DNA of 64,000 nucleotides from an uncultured Phycisphaerales bacterium (GTDB lineage Bacteria; Planctomycetota; Phycisphaerae; Tepidisphaerales; Tepidisphaeraceae): assembly GCA_963758525.1 (NCBI GenBank), contig CAVWVQ010000003.1, forward strand, positions 1,760,001 to 1,824,000, written 5' to 3'. Below are positions 1 to 10,679 of the stretch, one piece after another (positions within the stretch are counted from its first letter, which is position 1; each line of letters begins with the position of its first letter). The translations under genes and the position numbers were made by a program. Below the pieces are notes generated by a model. It was not told where the DNA came from and did not search any database. It worked only from the letters and a program-made list of their open reading frames with translations.

Positions 1-331
1 GTTTTTCCTCCGCTGCGTGCTCGCCGGGGCCCGCGTCGAGCTTGAACCGGCGATGCTCGCCGCCTTCAGGCAGCACGCGGAGCAGAAGACAACTCATTGG
101 GATCGATATCAGGCCGAAAGCCGCACGGCAAAGCAGCCATTTCTCACTCCTTACTGGAGCGGCCTGGCCGGTCGATCGCGAATGCGCTGGTCCGCCTGGA
201 TCGAGGCGCTCGCCGGGCATCGCAACATCCATCCTCGCCTGGGGCTCGCGCCGCGATACGATCGGGCGGCGGTCGCTGACTGGTTGTCGCAACTGGGCGA
301 AACAACCGGGGAGCAGACCGAATCGAGATGA
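1..331 (+). CDS. C-terminal part of a probable glycosyltransferase (family 2-like), truncated at window edge
   Basis: AAFRQHAEQKT resembles GT2 C-terminal motif; stop overlaps next ATG (ATGA 328-331); glycan cluster context. Confidence 0.5.
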   Translation, partial: FFLRCVLAGARVELEPAMLAAFRQHAEQKTTHWDRYQAESRTAKQPFLTPYWSGLAGRSRMRWSAWIEALAGHRNIHPRLGLAPRYDRAAVADWLSQLGETTGEQTESR

Positions 332-1425
332 GTGACAAGCCAAAGGTCTTCGGGCTGCTGATCGATCAGGTGGAATTTCTCACCTTCACGGTCGCGCACG
401 CCGTCGCCAGCAGCGGTTGGCGCGTGGTGATCCTCGCTGACCCGGCGCGAAACACATCAACCCAGAACAGCTATTACACGCAACGGCTTTCCGCTCTGCC
501 GGGGGTATCCGTTGAAACAGGGTTCACGTCGATCGATTTCGATTTCCTCTGCGTGGAGCTGACCCGGCTTACGCCGCGCGACCGCGCGGATTTTTACGCG
601 CGCCGGGCCACGCGCGTGGGAATTGTCACGTACTGCGCTCGCGAAACCTGGCTGCGAACCATTCTGGCGGAGTTGATGGACGCCAGGCGCTGCCGTCGAT
701 GCGTGCTGCGGGCCCGGCGATTCGTCTATGTGGATGGCTGGCGCAACATCGATCTGTTCGGGTTGCTGGGCACTCGCAAACATTTGGGAATCGACGTCCA
801 CTCATCCTTTCTGCTCGACGCCCGATTGCGTGAAATGATGTTCGCCCATGATTGGGAACCGTCGCACAGCCGGCCCTATCGGCTGAACTTCATCGGCACG
901 CCCTCGCCCGATTCCCGGGCACGGATTCTTCAGGATCTGGAGGCGGCCCTGTCGCGGCGCGGCGAGCGCGTTGCCCGCGTGCCGGAACAAAGCGGAGACA
1001 TTCTCTGGCTGAATGGCGTGGCAGTTTCAGGCGACCGCTTCTGCCGATTCCTCACCGACTCCGACTACACGCTTTGCCCGCCCGGACACATCCGCCTCAC
1101 TCACCGCGTGATCGAGGCGCTGCTGCGCGGCAGCATTCCCATTCTGCATGCCGACGAACTCCCGCTATACGATCTGAACCTCGAATCGGGGATAAATTGC
1201 ATCGCGGTCTCGCCCGCGAAGTGGGATGAAACCGTGGCTGCGGCAATCAACGCGGATCTGAAGACGAAGATTCGCATGCGCACGGCTATTCTGCAGATGC
1301 GGGAAAAGTATCTCACGATTGCCGCATCAAACCGCCGGATCTGCCGAAGCCTGGGGATATCCCGCGGGATTCGAGCGACGCTTGCCGCACATGCGGCTCG
1401 GCCCTATTCTCGACCTCCTCCATGA
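328..1425 (+). CDS. Exostosin/GT47-like glycosyltransferase
   Basis: C-terminal SDYTLCPPGH...RVIEALLRGSIPIL motif; coupled to both neighbours. Confidence 0.6.
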   Translation: MSDKPKVFGLLIDQVEFLTFTVAHAVASSGWRVVILADPARNTSTQNSYYTQRLSALPGVSVETGFTSIDFDFLCVELTRLTPRDRADFYARRATRVGIVTYCARETWLRTILAELMDARRCRRCVLRARRFVYVDGWRNIDLFGLLGTRKHLGIDVHSSFLLDARLREMMFAHDWEPSHSRPYRLNFIGTPSPDSRARILQDLEAALSRRGERVARVPEQSGDILWLNGVAVSGDRFCRFLTDSDYTLCPPGHIRLTHRVIEALLRGSIPILHADELPLYDLNLESGINCIAVSPAKWDETVAAAINADLKTKIRMRTAILQMREKYLTIAASNRRICRSLGISRGIRATLAAHAARPYSRPPP

Positions 1426-2696
1426 ATGACTCCGCGACGCATCGGCCATTATCGGAGGATTTCGATCTGGCGAAAACCAAACACATCCCCGCATTGGATG
1501 GAGTCCGCGGGATCGCCATCATCCTCGTGCTCTTCGTTCATCTGACTCCCGACAGCCATGTGCGGGCGAATCGACTGCTGGAATGGATCTACAAATTTCT
1601 CTGGTCCGGGTGGATTGGGGTCGATCTTTTCTTTGTTCTCTCGGGGTTCCTGATCACCGGCATTCTTCTCAAGTTGCGCCAGGATCATCACTACTTCAGG
1701 AATTTTTACATGCGCAGAACACTGCGCATTTTCCCGTTGTATTTTGGCGTGCTGTTCGTGCTGTTTGGAATCTTGGCGCATTTGCCGGCGGCGAGCGGTT
1801 TGAGACTCGCGGACATCAGCCGTCATCAACTCTGGTTCTGGCTCTATGCGACCAATTTCGGGATGGCCCTGCACCCGGCCGGCACGCTGGGTTTTTGCAG
1901 CACGCCGGTGATTAATCTCAGCCATTTCTGGTCTCTCGGCGTGGAAGAACACTTCTACCTGGTATGGCCGGCCATCGTCTGGCTCTGCGGAACCAGAAGG
2001 CTGAAGATGGTCTGCTGGGCCTTCATCGTCGGTGCGCTGGCGCTGCGCATTACCGTCGTGGTGATTCATCCGCATTGGCTCCACCCGCGATACGCCACCC
2101 TGCTGACGCCCCTTCGCATCGACGGATTGGCCGCCGGCTCATTGCTGGCAGTGTCGATGGGCGAAAGTGGCAAGGCGACGTGGTTCGTGCGCAACCGTGG
2201 GAAGATCTGGCTCGTGTGCGCAGCCGCTCTTGTCATCGACATATTCATCCGAAAAGGACTCTGGCAAGGCGATCGCTTCATGGAGACGTTCGGCCTCTCC
2301 ATAGTGGTCTGCCTTGCCTCAGCAACATTGGTGCTGGCACTATGCGCCACGCCAACCAGCATCGCCGGCGGCGCCTGGAGCCACCCGGCGCTGCGATTGA
2401 TGGGCAAGTACAGTTATGGCATCTATATGTATCATCCATTTCTGCAAGCGCTCATTGGATCGATGGTGTCGGCTGCAATGCTTGGGAAGTGGGCGCATCA
2501 ATCGGAGATGGGAGATCTGATCTTCCTGTTGCTCTGCACAACTGCAACGATGGCTGTCGCGCTGCTGAGTTACCATCTCTTTGAAGCGCCGCTGCTCAGC
2601 CTGAAAGAATACTTCCCGACCGGTTCCAGTCGGGCATCTCGAGCTTCGGGAGCGCTGAGCAAGTCATCGGCAACGTCGCCCGTAGTGACCGGGTGA
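1422..2696 (+). CDS. Acyltransferase family 3 (OafA-like membrane O-acyltransferase)
   Basis: IPALDGVRGIAI, GVDLFFVLSGFLIT, FYMRRTLRIFPLY, HFWSLGVEEHFY, SYGIYMYH. Confidence 0.92.
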   Translation: MNDSATHRPLSEDFDLAKTKHIPALDGVRGIAIILVLFVHLTPDSHVRANRLLEWIYKFLWSGWIGVDLFFVLSGFLITGILLKLRQDHHYFRNFYMRRTLRIFPLYFGVLFVLFGILAHLPAASGLRLADISRHQLWFWLYATNFGMALHPAGTLGFCSTPVINLSHFWSLGVEEHFYLVWPAIVWLCGTRRLKMVCWAFIVGALALRITVVVIHPHWLHPRYATLLTPLRIDGLAAGSLLAVSMGESGKATWFVRNRGKIWLVCAAALVIDIFIRKGLWQGDRFMETFGLSIVVCLASATLVLALCATPTSIAGGAWSHPALRLMGKYSYGIYMYHPFLQALIGSMVSAAMLGKWAHQSEMGDLIFLLLCTTATMAVALLSYHLFEAPLLSLKEYFPTGSSRASRASGALSKSSATSPVVTG

Positions 2697-2699
2697 CCC

Positions 2700-3662
2700 T
2701 CACAAGCTTACCCCGCGTGCCCGAAGCAGGTGATCGACCATCATGCCCAGGTCGGTTGAGGCGGACCAGCCCGTGGCCCGCCGGAGCTTGGAGGCATCAC
2801 CAACGAGCGTCGATCGCCGCCTTACGATAATGGATGGGTCCTCGACCACGTGCGCTTGCCAATCGAGCCCCAGCCGCTGAAAGACGGTTTCGATAAACGT
2901 GCGGACCGAAGTCAGCCGGCCGGTGGCGATCACAAAGTCGTCGGCATCGCGAAGGGCGAGAATCTTCACCATCGCCGCCACGTAGTCCGCGGCATATCCC
3001 CAATCGATTTCCGCGGAAAGATCCCCGACGGCAAGCCGGGTGCGCTGACCTGCGCGAATTTCGATGGCTGCGTTGATGACCTTGGAGGCGAGAAACGCGG
3101 GTCGACGGGAAGGTGACTCGTGCGTGTACAGGATTCCCGCGGAGGCAAAAACGCCATGGGATTCCCGGTAAAATCTGCATAAATGCATGCCGGACGCTTT
3201 GGTAATCCCGTAGATGCAGCGGGGCTCGATCGGGGTATTCTCATCCTGAGGAGATGTCGCCGGATTTCCGAAAACATGGGAGGACGCGGCGTAGAAGAGC
3301 CTGCTCTTCGCGGAGGTCAGCCTGATGGCCTCCAGGAAGTTCAGCAAGCCCGCAACGTGCACCTGGTGGCTGTGGTGATAAAGCTCGGGCGGCTCAGGCC
3401 GAGCGTCCTCGGAAGCGTGATGAAAGGCGGCCAGATAATACACTTCAGCAGGCTGCACGTCCGCGATCAACGTCGAGACTTGCCGCGCGTCCAGTATATC
3501 CAGGGGGCGCGAACCGCGCGAGTCGACATTGAGTGCTTCGGGAGCGGTTGTGGGTCGTGTAATTCCGATGACCGTTGTCCCGGCACGCTGCAAAAACTCG
3601 GAAAGCAGACGGCCGTCCTGACCGGCACTCCCGATAATGACGGCCGTCCTCGGATCAGGCAT
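2700..3662 (-). CDS. gmd: GDP-mannose 4,6-dehydratase family protein
   Basis: GSAGQDG, YYLAA, YGITK, GILYTHESP, DWGYAADYV. Confidence 0.8.
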   Translation of the reverse strand: MPDPRTAVIIGSAGQDGRLLSEFLQRAGTTVIGITRPTTAPEALNVDSRGSRPLDILDARQVSTLIADVQPAEVYYLAAFHHASEDARPEPPELYHHSHQVHVAGLLNFLEAIRLTSAKSRLFYAASSHVFGNPATSPQDENTPIEPRCIYGITKASGMHLCRFYRESHGVFASAGILYTHESPSRRPAFLASKVINAAIEIRAGQRTRLAVGDLSAEIDWGYAADYVAAMVKILALRDADDFVIATGRLTSVRTFIETVFQRLGLDWQAHVVEDPSIIVRRRSTLVGDASKLRRATGWSASTDLGMMVDHLLRARGVSL

Positions 3663-4923
3663 GGTCAACAATCTCAATCCTGGGAAGCGGGAAGATCATC
3701 TTTCCGCCCGATTGTAAAAACTGAGATTCTCGAGCAATCAGGTTCGGGCGAAAATGCCAGGGCAGCACGAGAAAATAATCCGGCTTCATCGCATGCGCCG
3801 CCGCCTCGGAGACGATCGGTATATGCGTTCCCGGCGTGACGTGTCCGAATTTGTCCGGATTGACGTCGGCGATCGCGGGAATATCAGCTTTGGTCAGCTC
3901 GCAGTATTGCAGGATGACATTTCCCTTTGTCGAAGCTCCATAACCGAGCACCAGCTTGCCCGCCTTGCGAAGCCCGCTCAAAAGCTCTTTTAATTCATTC
4001 TTGTGTGCGACCATGCTTTGCTGGAACCGGCGGTAGCAATCCAGCGAGTTCAACCCGGCGGATTCCTCCTGCTCGATCAGGCGCGCGACGGCCTTGTCGG
4101 CGGCGGGATAGGCGCGCGCCCTGCCTGGCGACGGTGACGGCGAAGCTTCCCCCATTACTGTCATTGCGATTGACATCAATGATCTTCAGGCCGACGCGAT
4201 CGCTCATCCAGGCGATCTGCTTCATTGCATAGTACTCAAGATGTTCGTGGCAGATGGTGTCATATGAGTTTGTCTCCAGCATCGCGGGCAGATAACTCTG
4301 TTCAAAAACCCATATTCCGTCTTCAGCGAGCAGCTCGGCGATCTGAGCGGCAAACTCCGCGGGGCGCTCCAGGTCGTAAAACATCGCCACCGAAGTCACC
4401 ACGCGCGCTGGCGGGCGCCGTATTTTGCACGCACGACCGCGGCGGAGAAGAAGTCCGGTATCAGTTGGATGTCCGGCCGGTAAAACTTGCGAAACTTCGC
4501 TCCAGTGGGATCGACCCCGACCAGCGTTGCCTGCTCCGGCGGGTAACAGGAGAGCAATGTCCCATCGTTGCTGCCAATATCGATAACCAGGTCTCCCTTG
4601 CCAGGCTCCACTATCCGGCGCACATTGGCGACCAATTCTGCGAGGTGCCGGACCATCGTCTGATTCAGGCCCGAGCGGTAGCCATAGTTGTCGCCATAGA
4701 GTTCGGCTGGCTCATACGAATTGGCGAGTTGAACCAGACCGCAGCACTCGGCGTCATTCCCGTGGCATTTCACGAGTTCGAGCGGACCGCGCGTGAGTTC
4801 CATCTCCGGGCTCGTGGGAAAAACTCCGGTCTGCGATTGAATGCCGACGTTTACGATTGCGACGAGGTTTTGATTTCCGCAAATGCGACATCGGCGGGTC
4901 TTTGCGAATCTGTTCTGTTCCAT
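3655..4923 (-). CDS. NDP-sugar C-methyltransferase (Zn-binding, SAM-dependent), split by two frameshifts (~4400, ~4120)
   Basis: CRICG/C..CGLVQL Zn site, DIGSNDGTLL, YDTICHEHLEYY, GYGASTKGN, PDYFLVLPWHF spread over three consecutive ORFs. Confidence 0.85.
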
Positions 4924-4937
4924 GGACGCAGCATCCG

Positions 4938-5990
4938 TTATGGGTTTGTGACGGCAGACGTTAAGCCCGCGGCGTCGATTGCCGCTCGGGCGATCCCCGG
5001 CCAGCTCCAACGATCGGCCAGGGCGCGATTCTGACGGGCGACGAGGTTGCGGTCCGCGGCCGCAGCGCGCTCGATGGCGCGGGCCATACTTGCGGCGTCG
5101 CCCGAATCGTAGAAGAAGTTGGTGGTTCCTTCGAGTTGCTCAGCGTAGGCGGCGTGAGACGGAGCGACCAGCGCTCTCCCAAAGGTCAGGCCGAGGCACA
5201 GCAGTCCGGAGTTCATGTCTTTGATCCGCGGCACCAGAAGCGCATCGCACGCCTCGACATATCGGTGAACCTCTTCATCTTCAATGTAGCCTTGGGAAAC
5301 AATCGCGCCGGCGGAGCGCGTCCAAAGCTTCATCTGCAAGCTGCGAACGCGCCGCTTGACGCGATTCATCGGTTCGTGATACCTGCCTGCCATCAGCAAA
5401 CGCTTCCGCGGAACCTTTGCCAGCGCATATGCCTGGCGAATTAACGCGACCTCGTTCCATGACCGCAGCATTCCGAAGACGAGGACCACGAAGTCCTCCG
5501 GCCCGAACCCAAACGAGCGGCGGCAGGCTTCGCGGTCAAGCTTTGCCGGCAAGAGGTGATCGTTGTTGAAGTAGGTGGTGGTGACATTGTGCTGCCGGCG
5601 CGCGGAAGGAAACTCCTCGAGCACGAGCTGCCGCAGTTTTTCATTGTGATGTAAAATCACCTTGCAGCGCTCGTAGAAGATATCGTAAAGCTGTTTGTAC
5701 GTCGGGTTGCCCTCGAAACCGTGCGGATAGAGATTATGAACGGATATCACGGCGGGGCATCGGTTCGACCACCAGTCGAGAGTAGTGCGAATGCGGTCCA
5801 TCTGCCTGGCGGAAGGCAGCCGCCAGTCGGAGAACTCTTCGGGCCAGTGGCAGTGCAGCAGATCAGCCTGATGCGCCCTGTTGAAGAAATTGGTCTTGCC
5901 GACGATCACATCCCAGCCGTTCGACGCATAGCCGGCGGTCTGACCGGGAATGAGCATGGGGTTGTCAGTGGGCACCAGAACAGTCGGCAT
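4938..5990 (-). CDS. Glycosyltransferase, GT-B (family 4-like)
   Basis: LHCHWPE, VHNLYPH, FGMLRSWN, ACDALLVP..SG.L.LGLTFGR. Confidence 0.75.
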   Translation of the reverse strand: MPTVLVPTDNPMLIPGQTAGYASNGWDVIVGKTNFFNRAHQADLLHCHWPEEFSDWRLPSARQMDRIRTTLDWWSNRCPAVISVHNLYPHGFEGNPTYKQLYDIFYERCKVILHHNEKLRQLVLEEFPSARRQHNVTTTYFNNDHLLPAKLDREACRRSFGFGPEDFVVLVFGMLRSWNEVALIRQAYALAKVPRKRLLMAGRYHEPMNRVKRRVRSLQMKLWTRSAGAIVSQGYIEDEEVHRYVEACDALLVPRIKDMNSGLLCLGLTFGRALVAPSHAAYAEQLEGTTNFFYDSGDAASMARAIERAAAADRNLVARQNRALADRWSWPGIARAAIDAAGLTSAVTNP

Positions 5991-6033
5991 GCGTGTTGAT
6001 CCAGGGGCGTGACGCGCGCTTGCATTTGCTTGC

Positions 6034-6929
6034 TTAATATCGCAGAAAACCCTCGCGTACCAGCCTCCGCATTCCTTCACTATACATCAGGTGCCGAACC
6101 GCTCCAACATAGTGCCTGCACGGGCTGTCGCCGATGCCCTTCCCCAGATGAACCGCGTATGTCGCCGGAAGCAAATCCAACCCGTACCGGGAGCTGCCCA
6201 GGGCGAAAAGCGTTTGCTCGATGCGCCAGAAATGTCCGGTGGCCAAGCCAGGAGCGGCCAGGAATTCCTCGATCCAGTCGAGCCGGAGTGACTGCGGATG
6301 CACGAGCCCAAGTCCCGAATTGAGACGCGGCTGGAGCTCCAGATTCAGCAAGGCGCGGGCGTCGGCCGGGGAGATGGTGTAGCCGTTGCCGCAATCTTCA
6401 TTGAAACTGTTCGCTTTGTACTCCGGATCATCGATGCGCTGCAGCAGCGCCTCGGGCGAGCGGAAAAAGAGCACGTCGCTGTCGAGCAGCAGCATTCGCC
6501 GAGCCTGCAAATACTCTGTGGAATCGAACAATTTGGCGCGAGGAGATTCGTCCGGCGGAATTCCGCGCATCGCGGATGTCCCGCCAGCCTGGCGGCCAGA
6601 CGCCGATCCGCGTCGGCGCGGCGAATGATCCTTGCGAAGGGAAAATGAGTCTGAAGATGCCGCAGCCCCGTCTCGCCAACGGTGCCATCTTCATGAATGC
6701 ACAATTTATAGCGGCGGTCCGAAGCAACGTAGAACGACTTCAGCGCCCAGATGAGGTTCAGCCAATCGGCGCCGCTGGTCATCATATGAATTTCGCATCT
6801 CTCATCCGCGAGGTCGTTGACAGGCGGTGTGCGCAGAATGCGCGGGCGCACGACATCGCGCCAATAGGCCGTGCGCAGACCGTGGCCAAATTTCTGTCGG
6901 AATTTCAGAACCATCGAACCGAGTGACAT
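6034..6929 (-). CDS. GT-A fold glycosyltransferase, frameshifted near 6530
   Basis: LCIHEDG in 5' frame; LLLDSDVLFF, LNSGL, EQT in 3' frame. Confidence 0.7.
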
Positions 6930-7080
6930 TACATGATCCGGACGAGGGAAATCGGAGTGAAGCTTGTATCGCCAGCGCCGTGCTGCCACAAGCGAGAGTG
7001 GCAGCCCGTGGCTAAAGTCCCGCACGCCGATGCGCCGCGGGGTGCACGACGGGTGTGTGACACGTCGACGGACTCTTTTT

Positions 7081-7212
7081 TCCCCTCCCCTGGTACTCCG
7101 GGGGAGGGTTAGGGTGGGGGCCCGATTGGGGAAAGGCGTGGAGACGCGATGGAGCGCATGCGCACCGCACAGCCCCCACCCCGACCCTCCCCGGAGTACC
7201 AGGGGAGGGGGA
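7081..7212. repeat. REP-like inverted repeat pair (CCCCTCCCCTGGTACTCCGGGGGAGGG family)
   Basis: Arms at 7081-7120 and 7173-7212 are near-exact reverse complements; intergenic. Confidence 0.8.
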
Positions 7213-7323
7213 GAGGATGCAGACCAATGCCAAGCCGCCTCCGGCAATTCAACACGACTGATCCATGCCGCGCCGATGTATTCCCGGCGTTCCCACGATA
7301 TCCTCACGCGTCGGTTCACCTCA

Positions 7324-7935
7324 ATGGCCCTTCTACAAGCCCCTCTCGCCTTGGCGGCTCGCATCAGCGTCGCCCTTTCGTCGCGCTGGCGAAACGTCTG
7401 GCTGCGCATGCGCGGCGTCGACGTCCGCGGCTACTGCTGGCTCCGCCCTGTCGAAATCCCGCGCAATCATCAGCAAATCCGCCTCGAAGCTTGCTCGCTG
7501 GATCGCGGCGTGATTCTGCTGGCTTCCGGCGACGACCTGCCGGAGCCGAAAATCGTGATCGGAGCGGGAACGTATGTGAATCGTCACACGTTCATCGACG
7601 CGTCGGAATCAATCATCATCGGCAAGCAGGTCGGGATCGGTCCGGGGGTGTACATCACCGATCATGATCACGGCACCGCTCCGGGATCCTCGCCGATGGT
7701 GCAGCCGATGATCTCCAAGCCCACCCGGATCGAGGATGATGTCTGGATCGGCGCGCACGCGGTGATCCTCAATGGAGTGACGATCGGCCGCGGCGCCGTT
7801 GTTGGCGCGGGAAGCGTTGTCACCCGATCCGTGCCGCCAGGCGCGCGGGTCTTCGGCATTCCCGCCCGCGAGAAAGCGGCCCTCACTGATCAGACCGATA
7901 CACCGCGTTCGGATCCGGGACCAACGCCCGCTTGA
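7324..7935 (+). CDS. Left-handed beta-helix (hexapeptide) O-acyltransferase
   Basis: IGPGVYITDHDH, IEDDVWIGAHAVILNGVTIGRGAVVGAGSVVT. Confidence 0.9.
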   Translation: MALLQAPLALAARISVALSSRWRNVWLRMRGVDVRGYCWLRPVEIPRNHQQIRLEACSLDRGVILLASGDDLPEPKIVIGAGTYVNRHTFIDASESIIIGKQVGIGPGVYITDHDHGTAPGSSPMVQPMISKPTRIEDDVWIGAHAVILNGVTIGRGAVVGAGSVVTRSVPPGARVFGIPAREKAALTDQTDTPRSDPGPTPA

Positions 7936-8851
7936 TGCGCGCCATCTGTTCCGCCAGATCGAATCCCAGCAGCGCAAGCGCCACGCGATAGGAGCGCGGT
8001 CCGGCCGGGCTGGGCGGTATCGGGCCGTTTTTCAGCGCTTGCCGCATCAGCTTGCGAGCGTAGGAGCGATCTGACCGATACATCGACCGCGCCACCTCAA
8101 AGCGCGCCTGCGCGATCATGCCGCGGCGTTTTTCCGTCAATTGCCCGGTCGTTGCCAGATAGTCCGCCATTCGATCGGTCAGCATCATTCGCTGGCGGAT
8201 TGTTGTATCCCGCGACTTGGTCGAAACCGTCTGATTTCCATGAAAGCGGTAGACGCTGCCGGCCACGTCGAGCAAATCGAAGCGGCAGCCTCCAACAATC
8301 AATCGCGAGAGCAGCTCGTGCTCCTGGCAGACCTTCTGCGACTCCTTCCATCCGCCGGCCTCGGCAACGGCTGCGCGACGCAGAAGCAGCGAGTTGGTGG
8401 AGAACGCTTCCCATCCCAGATAATTCGCGATCGCGTCCTCCTTTTCCGCGATCTTCGTCGTGTACTGGGCGCCGGTGCTCTCGATGCGCATGACGATCGG
8501 CGAATAGACCACATCGATCTGCGGTCGCGACGTCAGAAATTCGACCTGCGTCTCCACCTTTCCGGGCAGAAGATAGTCGTCGGAATCCAGGTACTGAAGC
8601 CACTTCCCTTTGGACAGCGCCAACAGCCGGTTCCGCGCCGCGTTTCCGCCGCGATTGGGACCGGTTTCCAACTGAATTGCGTCGCCGAACCCGCGCAGGA
8701 CGGCGAGGCTCCCGTCGGTCGAGCCGTCGTCAACGACGATGACTTCCTTGTTCAAATACGTCTGATTCAGCGCGCTTTCGACGCTCTGGCCAACCCAGGC
8801 CTGGGCGTTGTAGCAGGGGATCAGAATGGAGACCAGAGGTGAGTCGCTCAT
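7883..8851 (-). CDS. Glycosyltransferase family 2
   Basis: VSILIPCYN, VVDDGSTD, ARN, YLDSDD. Confidence 0.92.
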   Translation of the reverse strand: MSDSPLVSILIPCYNAQAWVGQSVESALNQTYLNKEVIVVDDGSTDGSLAVLRGFGDAIQLETGPNRGGNAARNRLLALSKGKWLQYLDSDDYLLPGKVETQVEFLTSRPQIDVVYSPIVMRIESTGAQYTTKIAEKEDAIANYLGWEAFSTNSLLLRRAAVAEAGGWKESQKVCQEHELLSRLIVGGCRFDLLDVAGSVYRFHGNQTVSTKSRDTTIRQRMMLTDRMADYLATTGQLTEKRRGMIAQARFEVARSMYRSDRSYARKLMRQALKNGPIPPSPAGPRSYRVALALLGFDLAEQMARIKRALVPDPNAVYRSDQ

Positions 8852-9882
8852 CGCTTGCCTGCGGCCTCGCGCCGACGCGATTGCCAGCGCTTCAAATAGA
8901 ATTCCCGCACGATTTGCTCCGCCGGCGTCGTCGCGTCCCCTTCCATCCAGACCCGCTCGACGTTGCGCGGATCTTCAGTGGCGATGCCGCCCAGGCAGAA
9001 CAGGGCGTCAAGCTTCTGCTGCTGGTAAGCGGCGTCGTAGAAATCCCCGCCCACGCCGTCGGAGACGAACGGAAACGCCAGATCGCGCGTGGTGATGCCG
9101 AATCGTTCCATCAGAAAATTCGTGCTTTCGCGGGTTTGTCGGAGTTGTTCATCCAATCCGATCTTCGCATACCGGGGATGATCGACGCTATGCGCTCCGA
9201 TGGTAAATCCCTGAGCCAGCAGCGCCTTGATCTGCTCTGAATCGAGGTAAGGACGCTGTTCCCGCAGAAATACGGCAAAGTCGACCCCGAGAATCTGCGC
9301 CAGCGCATCGAGTTGTTCCCGATCGGCATAGCCCACCGCCAATATGGAACGCTTCAGGCTCTGATGATTCGCGGCGTCGACGCCAGCCGCGGAAAGCGAC
9401 GCCCGAAGCGACGACAGTTGCTTGGCCGGGATCTGTTCGATCTTGGCGCACAGCAGGCTCGCCTTGTGCCGATAAAAAAGCGATCGGTTGTCGACAAACG
9501 CGCTGTTCAGAAAAAAAGTTGCCGGCAATCCGCGCCGCAGCAGCATCGGAGCGATCACGTCCGCCACCTCGCGCATCCCATCGTCAAAAGACAAAAACAT
9601 CGCCCGAGCCGGCAGCGGTTGCCGGTCGCCGCAGTGGGCGTGGACCTGCGCGAGTGTGACTGGAGTATACGCGCGAACAAAAAAATCGAGATCGTTGGAG
9701 AAGGTGCGCGTGCTGCGAACAGCGAACAGATGCCGCACATGCGCCGGCGCTTCGTCCGCAACGACGTGATAGAGCGGCGCGATCAGCCGCACTGCCGCAA
9801 GCCGGCGCGCGGCAGAGGCTGGAAGGAGGCGAAATCCTCCCGCCAAGCCGCTCATCATCGAACGTCTGATAACGTCGTGCAT
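8848..9882 (-). CDS. Polysaccharide deacetylase (NodB-like); start uncertain
   Basis: LYH, LSFDDG, ATFFL, IGAHSVDHP, AFPF. Confidence 0.88.
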   Translation of the reverse strand: MHDVIRRSMMSGLAGGFRLLPASAARRLAAVRLIAPLYHVVADEAPAHVRHLFAVRSTRTFSNDLDFFVRAYTPVTLAQVHAHCGDRQPLPARAMFLSFDDGMREVADVIAPMLLRRGLPATFFLNSAFVDNRSLFYRHKASLLCAKIEQIPAKQLSSLRASLSAAGVDAANHQSLKRSILAVGYADREQLDALAQILGVDFAVFLREQRPYLDSEQIKALLAQGFTIGAHSVDHPRYAKIGLDEQLRQTRESTNFLMERFGITTRDLAFPFVSDGVGGDFYDAAYQQQKLDALFCLGGIATEDPRNVERVWMEGDATTPAEQIVREFYLKRWQSRRREAAGKR

Positions 9883-10108
9883 CCGCCTCTGCTGTTTTCC
9901 GTTTGCCCGGCTCCGGAATTGTATTGTACGTTCCGGTGGCGTCGCCCGCGCTGCCGTGGCGCGGTGGCTGGCGCCGGCTGCCAGCGCTCCCGTCTTTGGA
10001 GCGGGAGCGGGCGCCCGCAGCACAGTTTGGAAGTCTTGCGCGAGCTGATCCCGCGGTTGCGGGAAAAGGCGCTGCAAGCGATGAGCGATCGCCTTGCCAG
10101 GAGAAGTT

Positions 10109-10528
10109 ATGGAAGCTGTATTGTCCCCCACACTCGTCGCCGCCCGCGGCACCGTCACTGACTGGCCGCCGCACGTGCAGATGATTCTTTCATCGCTGGA
10201 AGCGGCTCAACGCCCGCAGACGGATCGCCGAGCCCTGCGGCGAGCGCCGTACCGATCCAAAGCGCACCTGCGTCTCTTTACGCACGCCAGCGGCGCGGCG
10301 CCCGTGCTGCTGTATACGCGCGACGCCTGCACCCGCGGAATCGGCTTTGTCACGCCGCACTATCTGCCCCTGGGATACGGCGGCAAACTGGAATTGCTGA
10401 TGCCCTCCGGGCGCGTCGCGATCGCCCAATGCACCCTCTGCCGCTGCCGGCAGATCTCCCCCGGCTGGTATGAAGGCGCCCTGAACTTCAGCCGCGAGCA
10501 ACAGGAGTTTGCCTCGCTGCTGGAATGA
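10109..10528 (+). CDS. PilZ-like domain protein
   Basis: DRRALRR (RxxxR) and RDACTRGIG (DxSxxG-like); AGGAG RBS. Confidence 0.6.
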   Translation: MEAVLSPTLVAARGTVTDWPPHVQMILSSLEAAQRPQTDRRALRRAPYRSKAHLRLFTHASGAAPVLLYTRDACTRGIGFVTPHYLPLGYGGKLELLMPSGRVAIAQCTLCRCRQISPGWYEGALNFSREQQEFASLLE

Positions 10529-10548
10529 GCAGAGCCGCGCCATTGCTA

Positions 10549-10674
10549 CCCCGTGGCATGGGCTACCAGCGCTTCCAGCCCAAGCGAGCGACGTGGGACA
10601 GGAGAGATATTTCGATATCCGGGTTTCTGGGGCTCCTGAGCCGTCTGCATCGGCTGGAAGCCCATGCCACGGGG
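10549..10674. repeat. REP-like inverted repeat between convergent genes
   Basis: CCGTGGCATGGGCT ... AGCCCATGCCACGG. Confidence 0.7.
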
Positions 10675-10679
10675 ATGGT

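Noticed and set aside
3995..4402. Programmed frameshifting or phase variation in the split genes
   Set aside because: No consistent slippery or simple-repeat motif; the number and spread favour assembly indels
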